Below are positions 38,971 through 52,200 of a stretch of 64,000 bases of DNA, in pieces. The notes under the pieces are model-generated. The model was given only the letters and a program-made list of their open reading frames with translations, had not been told where the DNA came from and made no database searches. Position 1 is the stretch's first letter. The number at the start of each line of letters is the position of its first letter. Source of the stretch: Utricularia gibba. Taxonomy: Eukaryota > Plantae > Magnoliophyta. The stretch spans positions 2,852,001 through 2,916,000 of the forward strand of contig NEEC01000008.1 in the NCBI GenBank assembly GCA_002189035.1, in the 5' to 3' direction. The translations under genes and the position numbers were made by a program.

Positions 38971-40180
38971 TTACATGTTGTCCGGGTTCGATGAGCCATC
39001 TGTGCGTTCATCGTTATCTTGTACCTTCACCTCCATCTCCACAGATATGGAAGGATGAAGGGGTGGAGAACCTGTTGGTAAAACATCATGCCTTGTTATA
39101 GCAGGATAATCACAAGCAACCCCTCTAAGTTATTACACAATGACAGACAAGATTCGTAGATTCGAGAGGATCTTCGACAAGCCAACATCCCGCTTGAAAA
39201 AAAAAAACATGATACCATGTATAGTTATTGAAACAATGACATAAGAACATGTCTAGAGTGATGGAAGATGCTCAAGAAGGGTACTTTCAAATGTGACTTG
39301 TACTTGTAGCATGCCAATGGTAGGAAAAGAAAGAAGGCCTTGTAGAACAAGGGCGAGATCTCATACAAGGTTTCTAATATTTAAGGGCACTTTGTTACAG
39401 CAAATGAGAGGGCTTTACAGGCCTCCTCGTAAGTGTAATCAAAGCAACATAATCAACTTTGATTACTAACTCACGTATGCTTAAGCAACAGAATACTGCT
39501 AAAAGGTCCAAACTTGAAAATGTCTCAGTACACAAAAACATGATTAGCCAGCAGCAAGAACCATTTGATGCTAATGTAATGAATAATACTTAAAGGCTGA
39601 TAACGGTTAAGATAATATCATCGGTAAGAATCAATGAATGCATCGTAAAAATCGAAAAGCAAGTAACCAAAAGCAATTTACACAACCCTTTGCCCAACCG
39701 AAGAGAAGAAAAAAATGATGCCAAGCAGCCCCAATTAAATCATCAATAACCTCCGATGAAAAAAACCGACGAAGGCCATCCCTTGCTGGAAGTAAGCGAC
39801 ATCTTCTGCTCCTCCGACAACTCCTCCGTTACACCCAGATTCCTCAACTGCCCCGAAGAACCCAATTCACCAATCACTTCAATCAAACCCGCAGCGCGAT
39901 GATTGCGTGAGGTGGAGGTTCTCGGCGGCACCCAGTACGAAATACCTGGGAGAAAGGGCAACCAAGTGGGCGCAGCACGGCGCACGATTATCCCTTGGAT
40001 CGCATCCTCAAGCCTATTAATTTTAAAATTGATCACTTCGGCGACAGAATCAGGGGATTCGAGGTCCACTTCGATGAGCTGCGCGCGGTGGGTCTTGAAG
40101 GATCGGTGGCCGATTAAAGCCCTCGGTAGCCGCATAAGAGCTCTGGGTATAGATAGCGGCACAATCCTGGCCATGGCCAT
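38971..40180 (-). CDS. Uncharacterised conserved plant protein, two exons
   Basis: Exon 1 40180-39751 carries motifs I recognise from a family of unknown function (RLEDAIQGIIVRRAAPTWLPFLPGISYWVPP and GWPSSVFF). Exon 2 39071-38971 ends in frame with DNM*. Confidence 0.8.
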
Positions 40181-40659
40181 CCGGTGAAAGCAGCAAATAA
40201 TCGATTCCGATGCACTGGAAAAGAAAGTTTTTGCAACTCGCGAACAGTAATACAAAAACTTCCTCAAGTGAAAACAAGAGAAACCATGGGCACGACTTCT
40301 GCTATCGGTATTAACACGACGGAATCTGGAAGTGGTATTGCTTTGGGTATTAAATTTATTGAGAATAAATCCACTATATTTTAAATTTAACAAAACATTA
40401 ATAAATTCATGAGAAAATAGCACATAAATGACGTTTTTGAATCGTATCTAATAATTATCATTTTCACACTTTTTGATGTAGTCATTTTTCTAATTGATCC
40501 TGTGTTAATATTATTATTATGAAATCAAATTTATAATTACATATGTTAAACGCTTAATGTTAAAATATTATGAAAATGAGATAAAATGATTCATAATTTA
40601 TGAAAAAAAATATAATATACATTTTGACATTCTGGAAACAGTACACAAGAATGACAACT

Positions 40660-43600
40660 CTAAAGCAAAGGATTATGTCCATGGGGATACATCTGTGGAT
40701 ACTGGAACTGAAAAGAGTTACCAAACGGATTCATGGCTGCTTGCTGCTGCTGCTGCAGAGTATTATACTGCGCCAAGTATGGATTATACGGTGCCTGCAT
40801 CATCTGTTGCTGCTGTTGTTGTTGTTGCTGCTGCTGCTGCTGCTGCATCATTGTCATCATCAGCATATGTTCCTGCTGCGCAGCCAATGCCATCTGCACG
40901 TTCGTAGGAGGCGCGATCGCGTTCGATGCGGAGAACGGATCGTGCTGCACGCTGAAGGGATTCAAAGATGTTGTTTCATAGCCATAGCTCGTATTGTAGC
41001 CCGCGCTCTGCAGCTGCAGCACTCGGCGCGCTGCCTCGTCTTCGTATAAGCTATCCAGCAGCAGGTTGCCGAAGCCCCCTCCCTGAGAATGATCTGATGA
41101 GCATCTTGTTGTGCAGTAAAAGAGGTTATGGGATTGAGGAAAGGTTACCATTTTTGCTTCTGGAAAGGCTTGTTGTTTGCTGGTGTTGCTTGGAGCTGTA
41201 ACTAGAGCCAGTTCCCAGCCGGATGTCTTCCCAATTTCAGCTAAAGCATTGCTTGATGAGGATGGAGTCTCACCTGGAAAAAACTCCAGCTTCTTCATGT
41301 GTTTTTGGGGTTGAAAAGAGATGCAGTTCAGGGAAGCACAGAACTACATATGGATACCAGGTTGAAAGATTGCCAAGGCTAAGGCATTGCTTTCCTCTAA
41401 TTTGGTGGCTTCTGGACTTACTTCACTCAATCCCTGCATCAGAAGAAGGGAATTTCAGAAGACGCCTAACCTATAGGATCTGGAAAATCAAAAGAAGAGA
41501 AGTTTACAAGAAGATCAAACTGATGAGGTTCTTCTTTCTTGGTCTCTGGTTCTGCTTCCTCTTGTAATTCAATCATCGCCTCTTCTTTAGCCTGATCCTC
41601 TACTACTTGCTCTTCTTTTTCTTTTTCTTCTTCTACTTTTTTCGGGGCGGTTCCTCGATTTTCTCCGGCTCAGGTTCTTTTTCATGATAGTCCTGGTCAT
41701 GATTTCATACACATCATTCACAAGAAACCAGAGAGGATATCAAAGAATGGGGCAGAGTTTCTTACTATTCTTTTAGTTGGGAGCGATCCCACTTGAGGTG
41801 CTTCCTTAATGTACTCCTCCATCGTTGCAAGAAATGTTGGAGGAGGCTGTTCAAACAGAAACATTATGTTCTCACAAGTACAAAGGCAAGACATTTACAA
41901 AGTGTCCAATTTTAAATCACCTGTCTCAATATGGGAAACTGGAAAGTTCGAGCAAGGTCCAGTGTTCTGCAGAAGGTATAAAAATCAGCAAGATGTTCGG
42001 CCTACACGGTCAAACGATTGAGATGAAACAACATTAAGGATCCAACATGAAATTTTCGACGATAATCTCAGATCAGATGCAAGAAATGAACCTGTTTTCC
42101 TGCCCTTTTGTATATGTCTAAAGCCTTGACAGCATCATGTCTTGGCATATCAAAGAACTGCAGGCCATGAAAACACGGGAATGAAGAGAAGATCAATGAG
42201 GTGTTGCAAAGTTTTGAAAGATATTGCTGCACTCTACCATGTCAACAAGATTGATGATCCCATCATTGATCGCAGAGTATATTTTGAAGCTCTCCTTCAA
42301 AACCTGCATCATCAGCACTGTAAAAATCTTATTCACCAACCCACAGATTAACTCAGAAGATATGGATGTAGTGTTCTTGCCAACGATAGCGCATACTGCA
42401 CGAGAAAAGTGTAGCATGCAGCTCCTTCCGGCTGGAAAACGAAAAAATTTCAGCTAAATGAAACCATAGTCTGAAAGATTATGCAAGAGTGAAACTGAGT
42501 AACTAAACCTGGCAGCAGATCAAACGATATAGAAGCTGCTGCACTGCTGGTAACTGATGAAGGAGATCATTCGAGCCCAACAGCCGTGTCTTACTATAAG
42601 CCTGGGGTAAGTTAGACATGTCACAAAGGAGACTTTATATCTCGACAAAAAATGCTTGTATATCGTTTGGGTGTATTGAGAAAAACTTAAAACTGAACTT
42701 AAAAACTAGGAAATGAAAGTGCCTTAGATATTCCATGAGAAGATTTGGGTGCTCTATCTGCCTCAATATCATAATTCAAAGCTCTACTGCATTCCAGTCG
42801 TTCCTCGAGAAAGAGTGCATAGGCACGAACCCAAGCTGAACAATCCCATGCTGCATTCAAAATATACATGTTTAAACTACCACAAGATCACATAGATACA
42901 TGACACAGAACTTTGAAATCGCACTATGAACATGATGCATTCTGAATTTGAATTCAAGAACTGAAACAATGTGTACCTAGAGAGCTCGAATCATCCTTGA
43001 AGTTAGAAACTTGAAACAACTTTCCTCGACGAGAATAATGCAGCAGCTCTTCTCTGAATGAGGGATCTCCTTCTCGAAGGATTCTATGAATAACTATCAA
43101 GGTCTTTATAGCAACCTGCGAGGAAAAGTCACTCATGAAATCAAAACACTGTTAAGTAGAAAAAGAAGAGAATGATAGAAATCAACAGAGCTTACAATCC
43201 AGCTTCGTGTCTTCCCCAATCTTCGTGAAAGTGCATGAATGCAGTAGGCTACATCTGCTCTTGGCCTGCTTATGCTCAACGCCACAAGTATCCCTGACAA
43301 CATAGAGATGAATCACGACCATTAAACCAAAAGCATGAGCGAATTCAAGCACTGCAGATTTTTCAAGCAGCGTCTAGTCCAACGGAAGCAGAAGGAATCA
43401 TGCTCACGTCTAACATGCCTTTCCTTTGGGGGAGATTCAACGTGGTTGGTCGCCTTCACCAATGCGATATCCAAGTCCTTGCAATGAAAAATTGGACACA
43501 CGATCGATTAATCGTGAAGAGTCTTCAAATACGAAAGGGAACAACTACCCAACAACGTAAGTTCTAATCTTCTCATTCCTTGTGCGATCCAAGATCACCC

Positions 43601-43829
43601 CAAACACATTCTTTATAAATCAGAACACTACGAAGCTGCAAAACCCAAACTGACTATGTCGCCGATTCTGATCACCACCCCAAGCTCTACCTCCAAAAAC
43701 CACGTTCATTACTCCAAAAAAACACACGTAAATAACAGAATTCCATACCTTAAACTCACTGCTGAGATTCGCAAGGCCAACCTTGGTGGAATCCTTGAGA
43801 GCTCCATAAGCTTTTCTAAAGCCCTCCAT
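40660..43829 (-). CDS. ANTH-domain clathrin assembly protein (AP180/PICALM-like; 1-nt frameshift in run 41644-41647)
   Basis: [110 protein letters not shown] and a Q-rich C-terminus ending HNPLL*. Confidence 0.93.
40804..40845 (-). repeat. (CAG/CAA)14 coding microsatellite, poly-Gln in the ANTH tail
   Basis: 14 consecutive Gln codons counted directly. Confidence 0.9.
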
Positions 43830-44602
43830 TTAATAGATATATCCCAAGCTCTTGTTGTCGCGAAGGCATGCAATCATCAATCAGATAGAACAGAAGAAGA
43901 AGAAGAGATATATCTGGGGGGATTTGGAATTTGTTTCGTTCTTCTTCCTCTCTTCTGTCGATCTCCTAACTAAAGCCTTTGTTTTTTTCAGTGACAAACA
44001 AAACAGATTCCATGCTTCTTGTTTCTCTTCTTCTATATTTAGTGGATCATCAAAAGCGTGGAACACCTTTACCCGCGGCAATGCATCCAATTATTTCAAA
44101 CGCCAAAAAAAAAAAAAATCACTTTTTTGTAAGATATATTTTTCATAATATTTTTAATTTAATTCACATATTTTGCATAATTTTTTAAAATATTATTTGA
44201 TAATAAAGTATTAATATATTTAAATATAAATAAATATATATATATTCAATTGAATATAATATTTTATATTTAAGAATAAAAATCTAAATATATAAATTAT
44301 ATAATTATAATTTGATTTTTTCTCTATTTGATATATTCAAAAAATAAATATATAAATAATATAACTATATAAGATTAATATATATATATATATATTAATT
44401 AATCAAATAACTATTATATATATATATTTGAATATAAACATTTTATACCCAACTATAAAACATAATGTAAAAGTTTTTCCTTCAACTTTTAATATTCTTT
44501 CTCCTCATCATTGATAGATAATACCAAGTAAATATTTGAAAAATGACTGAATCTCACGTTACTAGTTATATATTCCAGATAAATAAATTAACAATTTATA
44601 AC

Positions 44603-47600
44603 TCACATTTCGGTGTGCTGTTCTGCATTGGGATGTTCACTTGGTTCGCTAAAGGTAGACTTCATTCTACAGCAGAACAGACGAGTTACGTTGAGGCGGC
44701 ACGCACTGAAGAAATCTCCGAGGGGGCGCTCAGGGACCGGAATCAGTTTCCCGATGGCGGCTAGCGGCCAGCTGCGTAATCCGAGGAACGAGATTATGTA
44801 TTCGGATAATCCGAGGAAGAAGCCCCCACCCACCATTTTTACTTACCTGATAGCACCAATGACAAGGGAGACGAGCCACAGCTGCCAACTGAGGCGGACA
44901 GTTGAAGCGAACCTCTGGAGAAAGAAGATGATAATAACCTACAAGTTTGAAATCAAGATGTCATGACTTTGTCTACTCGGGCAAAATATGATCAGTCCAA
45001 GGATCTTAAACTGCTGCCGTTAAAGGAATACCTGAAGCACTACTTCGAGTCCAACTATTCCCACGAAGAGATAGTTTTTGAGCACTCCTTTGAAGACGTT
45101 GATTTCATCGGGCTTACGAGCATTGAATTCGTTAAACACCTGTGGAGACATGGATGCGAAGGGTCTTAGAGAAGGAGATCAAATGAGAAAAACGAAGGGG
45201 CGTTTTATTTGAAGGAAAAGATTTGAAGGACTTGCCTGACAAAACACAAATGCATTGAATATCAAAGTGTTCCTCACTCGGACAGCGTGATCAACAGAGT
45301 CACGCTGCAGATTCAGGATCCGGATTCCCGCAAAATTGAGAACTAGGAGAACTGTCACTTGATAGATGGCCTAAAAATAGGGGGAGGGATTATCGGCAAC
45401 CATTTATGGACAGAAAAGGAAAAACGCCCAACAAGGATTCATTATATCTAAAAGAAATACAGCACGGTACGACATAACACGTTGTGGAACCTAAATAATG
45501 CACACCTGTATGATCAGATTTCTCCACATGATGTTAGTTATAAGAGGCTCCCTGCACCGGGAAAAGCACTCTGGTCAACATTAAATGGATATTCAAATAA
45601 ATAGCAATATGAAATGATGTTACCTTCTACCAACGGGAGGCCTCTGCATGAGATGATCTGTGGGTGGCTCTGTTGCAAGTGCGAGAGCTCCGAGTGTGTC
45701 CATAATTAGATTTACCCAGAGAAGCTGTGCGGAAATGGGGTAATGTAATTAGCCTTTGGCAATCAAGAAGAAAATGTGGAAAATGAGCGACACGATGCTA
45801 AATGGCAACAAAAATGATGTTAAAAACCTTTTGAGAAGATACAAATATTGATATTGAATGGAAAGAAAGAAATTAGACACCTGCACAGCATTTAGAGGAA
45901 CATCGCCAGCAGAAATGGCTGCAACAACATTGATAACCAACGCGGCAACATTAACAGTCAGCTGAAACTGTATAAATTTCTGGATATTTGCATAAACGGA
46001 TCGACCCATCGCACAACCTACATTAAAAAGCATATCAACAACGGGCTAGCTTGGAAGTGCTGGAGCTTTGTACAAATAACATAAATGAATATCCAGATTG
46101 CTAACCTTCACAACTGAAGAAAAATTGTCATCCAATATAATAATATCAGCACTCTCTTTTGCAACCTCGGTGCCTTGAATACCCATGGCTAAACCGATAT
46201 CAGCCTACAATGATAACAGAATAGCCATGTGAGACAAAATGGCATAACACAAAGAGGGGTGAGGAATTTAAAAAACTCATTCGATAGATCCTTTCCGGAT
46301 CCGCCTAATATATCATTTTAATTTAACATCCTAATTAAATTAAACATATCAAAATCCTAGAACATTGACATGAGCACAGGCAGGATCAAGTATGTTGCCG
46401 CCAGAAGCCCGTATTTCTAGATAATCTCCTAATCCTTCCGAAGTGACTAGAAAGAGATTCTTTAACAAGAATCCAGTGCAGATGTACCCATCCAGAAGTT
46501 TTTGGCAACACGGAAGTTCAAAGAAGACAAGGAAATGGACCTCATATTAACGTTATAAAGAAATGCACAGAGCTTCAAATTTTAGTAAAAAGAAATAAAA
46601 GGCAACTGCATGCCTAAATTGCCGGCTAAATTGATTCTAATGGAAGTCAACGACCATATGCTATAAAAACTTTTAAAAAATATAGTGTTTTCTATTGCAA
46701 CATTCTGGTCCAGCTCAAGTTACTCTCGAGTCAGACTCGAAATAAAACACAAAACGAGTGAAAAGAAACCTCATGAAGTGCAGGAGCATCATTAGTCCCA
46801 TCTCCAGTTACTGCAACAACATGCCCCCCTTTCTTAGAGCTTGTACAAGCAGTAGCTTATCGTTGGGTGAAGATCTGCCCATCACCTACCCAAACAGGTG
46901 CGTCATTAATCAATAAATAGATTGAAAAATAAATATAAAATGAATAATTAACTCTTACTGAAATCTTGTCTGCCACTTCTAGCCTCTGTTCCTCGTTCAA
47001 ATTCCGAAATGCCTTCCCTTCAATAAGATTAGGCTCAGTAGCATCTGCATCTGACCCTAATATTCCACATTCAAGTGCTATGGCTTTGGCTGTTTGAAGA
47101 TTATCTCCAGTTACCATGCGCACCTAGAAAATTTTTGAACATCACCATCATTAAACCAACCACCAAAACTACTTGCAACTCAGGATAAAAAAGCTGATGC
47201 CCGGAGGAGATGTAATATACTCTATCAAGAATTAAAAAAAAACAACCTTGACACCAGCACTAGTGCATAACTGGACTGCATCCTTTACTCCAGGTCGACA
47301 AGGATCCTGCAGGACATGAATACACAGTGAATTTATCTTCACATAGAATCAAGACCTTCAGTCACACGTTGTGCAAACAAGAAAAAATAAGCACCTTGAT
47401 GCCAACAATAGCAAGCAAAATGAGATCCTCCTCAGGTAAATTCCAATTCTCAAGCTCCTCATCAGAGGTTGGAACTTCCTCATTTTTGCACATTGTGTAA
47501 GCTATTGCAACACAGCGCAGGCTTCCAGCAGCCATATCGTCTATTGCATTCTTATAATAGGATAACTGCAACAAGTGGTCAAGATCAACAAACTGAAGCT

Positions 47601-50600
47601 TGAAAAAAAATAAATACTTGTCACATCAAAAGGGAAGTGATCATAAATATGAATTTACAAAAAAGGTAGAATTAAATAACCTTATCCTGGTCCATAGGAA
47701 CCACACTACTATTTGAATCAAGATAAAAAGAACAGCACGCAAGAACAATTTCCGCTGCACCCTTCCAGTGAACATAAATTTCAGAATTTGACTGCCCAAG
47801 AAATAATAATCACATCAGAAGGCTTAACATGGAAACAGCATTAACAATTTTCTGTGGCTAGCTTCGGTATAATGAAATTGTGAACACCGAGAGTTACCTT
47901 TCGTATGGCTACACCTCCACGCTTTTTCTCTGAATTAAAAGGAAATGCATGAAGAATCACTGACTGAGATCTAACATTTATGAAATCCATTCCGAGCTGA
48001 TAAGCAAATGAGAATATTAGAAAGAAACATAATGAAGATCAAGAAATAGAGAAATGAAGAAAATCAAATATTGAGAAAATTACATTTATTCCCCACTGCA
48101 AAATTGCCTTCTCTGTTGGCGATCCTGAAATCTCCACATTGCCCTATTTGAAAACACCAGGGGGTAGTTTCATAAGAAGCGAATACATAGTGGTTCGATC
48201 ATCAATTACAAGTGAGCAGAACAAACACACAACCCCCGCATTTGAAACCTCTGTTAGAATTGAATACTACCTCAGACAAAAACACACTTCCAGTAGTGTT
48301 CTGTGCAATGCCCACAATGAGCAAAGACAAAACCCTCTGTGGAAATGCGGACTTGTTATCAGGAGGATGCACCTTTTGTCCACAGGCATGTGCCTCAACC
48401 ACTGTCATCTGATTTCAGTAACGGTGATGTCAATTAAATACAACTGGTTTAATTAGTCATCACACATGAAAAGTTAGATGAAAACCTGGTTCAAAGTTAA
48501 AGTTCCAGTTTTGTCACTACAAATTGTAGTTGCTGAACCCATTGTCTCACAGGCTGATAGTCTCCGAACCTTGTTCCCCCACCAAAACAGAGTAATGAAA
48601 TCATTTTAATAAAAGGGAGAAATTTATATAAAATCTTCAACTAAGTTGAATGTAGCGTGCATACCAATGCCTTATCAGCCATCATTTTTTTCATCGAATA
48701 TGCTAACCTGCAAGGCAATAAATGAAAACAATCAGAAATTTCCAATCCTATATGCATACACGTAATGCATAAAACTATTCACTGGTTGTGTTAATGAAAC
48801 TTTAGCATAAATCTACATGTTCAGCTAACAACGTGATATTGCATATTGAGCCAAATCAGAAGTTACACAGAATACAAAATTACGTTAAAGTAACAGCCAG
48901 AGGAAGACCTTCTGGAACAGCAACGACAACTATGGTGACCTGAAGGATTTTCATCAATATAAAAATAAGTTTAAACAATTACTTAAGGAATCGAAAAAGA
49001 TTTTACTATATCACTTAAGTTATATAGGAATTTACGTACAGCAACAGTAAAAATCCTTATGAAGCTGTTCAATGCATTACTAAATGAAGTCCTTCCGGCC
49101 ACAAACTGTACACTGCCATCGGTGTTTCTAGTGTGCCCTGTGAAAAGCCTACAGGAAAAAAAGATTAGCAAAAGCAATCGCCTTCACAGATTTCACTAGA
49201 AGAAGATAATCCATTTCACTACTACGCTACCTGATAACAAGAACAATGAGAACTATAACAGCCACGGCAAGGCCAACTGTACCAATAAATGTGGCCACAC
49301 CATTTAGTCGTACCTGAATACACAAAATAAATGTTAGTATCAAAATCCAAGAAACTATCATCTAGAAAAGCAACATAGACTGTACCTGCAAAGGTGTTTC
49401 TTCACCATTATCCTCGGATATGCTTGCCATGAGCAACCCCACTCTGTGTTTATTCCCACACTAGTGACCTGTGTTATAACAAGAATCAAAACAAAATGAT
49501 CAAGAATAGAGTATGGCATGGACGACATGCTTTGGCTGGAATCCAATAAAAAGAACTGTCAACAAGTACCAAACACAAAGAACCTATAATCTCCACTTGG
49601 ATAAGAAAACAAAAGATGCAAATATGATGAGAAATGGCAATCACATAGGACATGAAAACTTATCTTCAATGAAAGATGATGTGAACAAACCCCAATGAAA
49701 GTTAACAGGAAAAACAGGGTTTTCATACAAAACATTAGTGGCGCATTTCTTTACTCTTGATAAAATTGTAAAGGATCACTATAATTAAAAGTATTCTTCC
49801 AATAAATGGATTAGACAAATAGGTGTCCATTCGTGAAAATAGAAGCATTACCAGCATGCTTCCATAACCATCAGCAACCTTGCAACCCGACATAAGAAAT
49901 GGAGCTCTCACTGGATCCTTGTGAACCTAACAGGAGACCAATTATTTAGAATAACTGCTCAAATTTCTTGGTTGACATGAAAAGGCATAGGGCTTTGCAA
50001 CTTACTATTTTACTCTCCCCAGTCATACTTGATTCATCAATTGAAAGAGAGTGACCAGAGACAACAACTCCATCTGCAGGTACCTGCACCCAGTAAAGCA
50101 AGCTAGGAAGGTAAGAAAGTAAACTGTGCAATTACCCCAACTCCAATGGGAACATCCACATCTAGTTCGTACTTGGTCACCAATTTTGAGAGGAACAATA
50201 TCCCCAACAACAATTTCAAATATAGAAACCTTAATTCTGCGTCCACATCTAACAACCTGTGAATAATAAATACTGAAGTTATAAATGGAGAAAAAGGAGG
50301 TGTGAAAAACGTTGAACTGTCTTATTATTCCAACCTCCATCTGTATATTCTGCTTTTCCTCGTTCAAGTTTTGGAATTGAAGAGATTGTTTGTAATCACT
50401 TACAGCTAGAGACAAACAAAACAATGAGGATCATTTAAAACAAATTGAAATATAAAACTAAACGATATAATGTGTATAATGGCAGCCAGAAGATAAATTC
50501 ATGCATTAAACTGGGGGTCTTTAAAACAGTCCAAATTAAGAACAGGAAGATAATGGCAGCATCAGTTCTTAGTAAACTAAAAGGGTTATTGATAATCAGG

Positions 50601-52200
50601 GGATCAAAATTTCTAGTTCCTCAAAACTAAAATAAGTTGCAATAATGCAACTATACAAGCATGACTTGAATCAAACACACTTTGTATATTGGATATTGGA
50701 TTAAAAAAATAAAGCACTAGGACAAGGAGACTATACCTGTGAAGAATATAACAATAAAAACAGCTAGGGCAATGCTTCCTCCATCATACCATCCTTCTCT
50801 TATTCCCTAAAAAAATAAGTATTTTCTTAAGAAAACAGTGACAAAATCATTAGTCACAAAACCACTAATTATTCACAATGCACTTATTTTCTGGCGTAGA
50901 CATTCTTAGACAACAAGCCAAGATCATATGCCAAGAAAAAAAGTCAAAAAAAAAAGGAAATGGCGCTATCTAGCATGGTTTTTCCCCCTTACCTCCGTCT
51001 TAATGCCTAAAGCCAAAGAAGCAGCGGCAGCAACCATTAAAATAATGAGAGTTGTATCCCGACATGCATCCCAGACAAAACTCTACAAATAAACCATGGT
51101 ATAACATATTAACATAATGAAAGAGCTACGATGAAAAAGAAGCAAATGGAAAAACAGAAAGGGGCACAACAATAATAAAAATATTTACCAAGAAACCTTT
51201 TCCTTTCTTTCGCGGATATGTGTTTGTTCCAAAAGCCAACTCTCTACTCTTGATATCATCTTGATCACCTGGTATACCACTTTCCGCATTTGACTTAAGC
51301 TTCTCAGCCAGCCCTTTAACCTGATGAAAGGAAAAAAAAATGCAATTTAGAAAACACGAAAAGGCTGATGCAGAACATGAAAAACTTGTGCACAAAGCTA
51401 CATATGCGGTGAACTTGCCCCGCCATTTTGCTGCAAGAAAGAAAGATCATTCTCCTTGCACATGGAAACTAAGTCATCAGAACTGACGCCAAAATCACCA
51501 GTTGGTGTTGAACTTGTTGGTAACCTTGCGCTCCCAACAACTGGAATCAGATACATAAAGTTCAATTGCAGGATGAGAAACAACAAAAAACACAATCAAG
51601 CACAAGTAAATAAAATGTACCACCACTCAACCCTTGCCCAGTCGCAGCAGCTTGGAATAGAAAAGCAGCCTGCTCATTTCATTAATCGTTAATGGATAAA
51701 CGCAAGTACATTTGAGAGAGAAAAGAATGCAACCTACCCGAAGGACTTGAGCATGAGTTCTAATTTTGGCAATCAGTTGCCTGCGCTCTTCTTCCTTCTT
51801 CAAGTCCAATGTATACCGGAATCTTCTTGTAGCATTCAACGCCAACGTAAGTCGCTGGAGCAATTAATCATAGGCAAGAAAAAGGGTAAAATATCCCCCA
51901 AAACTATCACTGCATTAACTAAAACGCTTATAACTACAAATCCAAAACGCAATGTGATTCATAGAGTGGAAGCATTAATAAAAATCAAATGTTAAACAGA
52001 ATCTCTTACAACATTTTCACTTTATACCGAGCAGAAACGCTTACCCTCCACTTACGCAACCTCTCAACCGGAGCACTTTTTGTTCTCGGAATGTCAAAAG
52101 GACTCGATGTTTCATCTTCATCCTCTACATAGCCTTGAATCCCAGCCTCCACATCGGTCCTACGGCGCCTATAAGGCGAGTACCTAACATCATCCTTCAT
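44603..52200 (-). CDS. ACA: Autoinhibited plasma-membrane-type Ca2+-ATPase (P2B, ACA8/9/10 clade), more than 30 exons
   Basis: N-terminal CaM-binding segment [22 protein letters not shown] region, [63 protein letters not shown] and FNEFNARKP, ending EQHTEM* at 44603. Confidence 0.95.

Noticed and set aside
40733-40981. Cys-rich, metallothionein-looking ORF
   Set aside because: It is the antisense reading of the ANTH CAG/CAA tracts.
44613-45169. Plus-strand ORFs of 117 and 68 aa
   Set aside because: Antisense to the last ACA exons.
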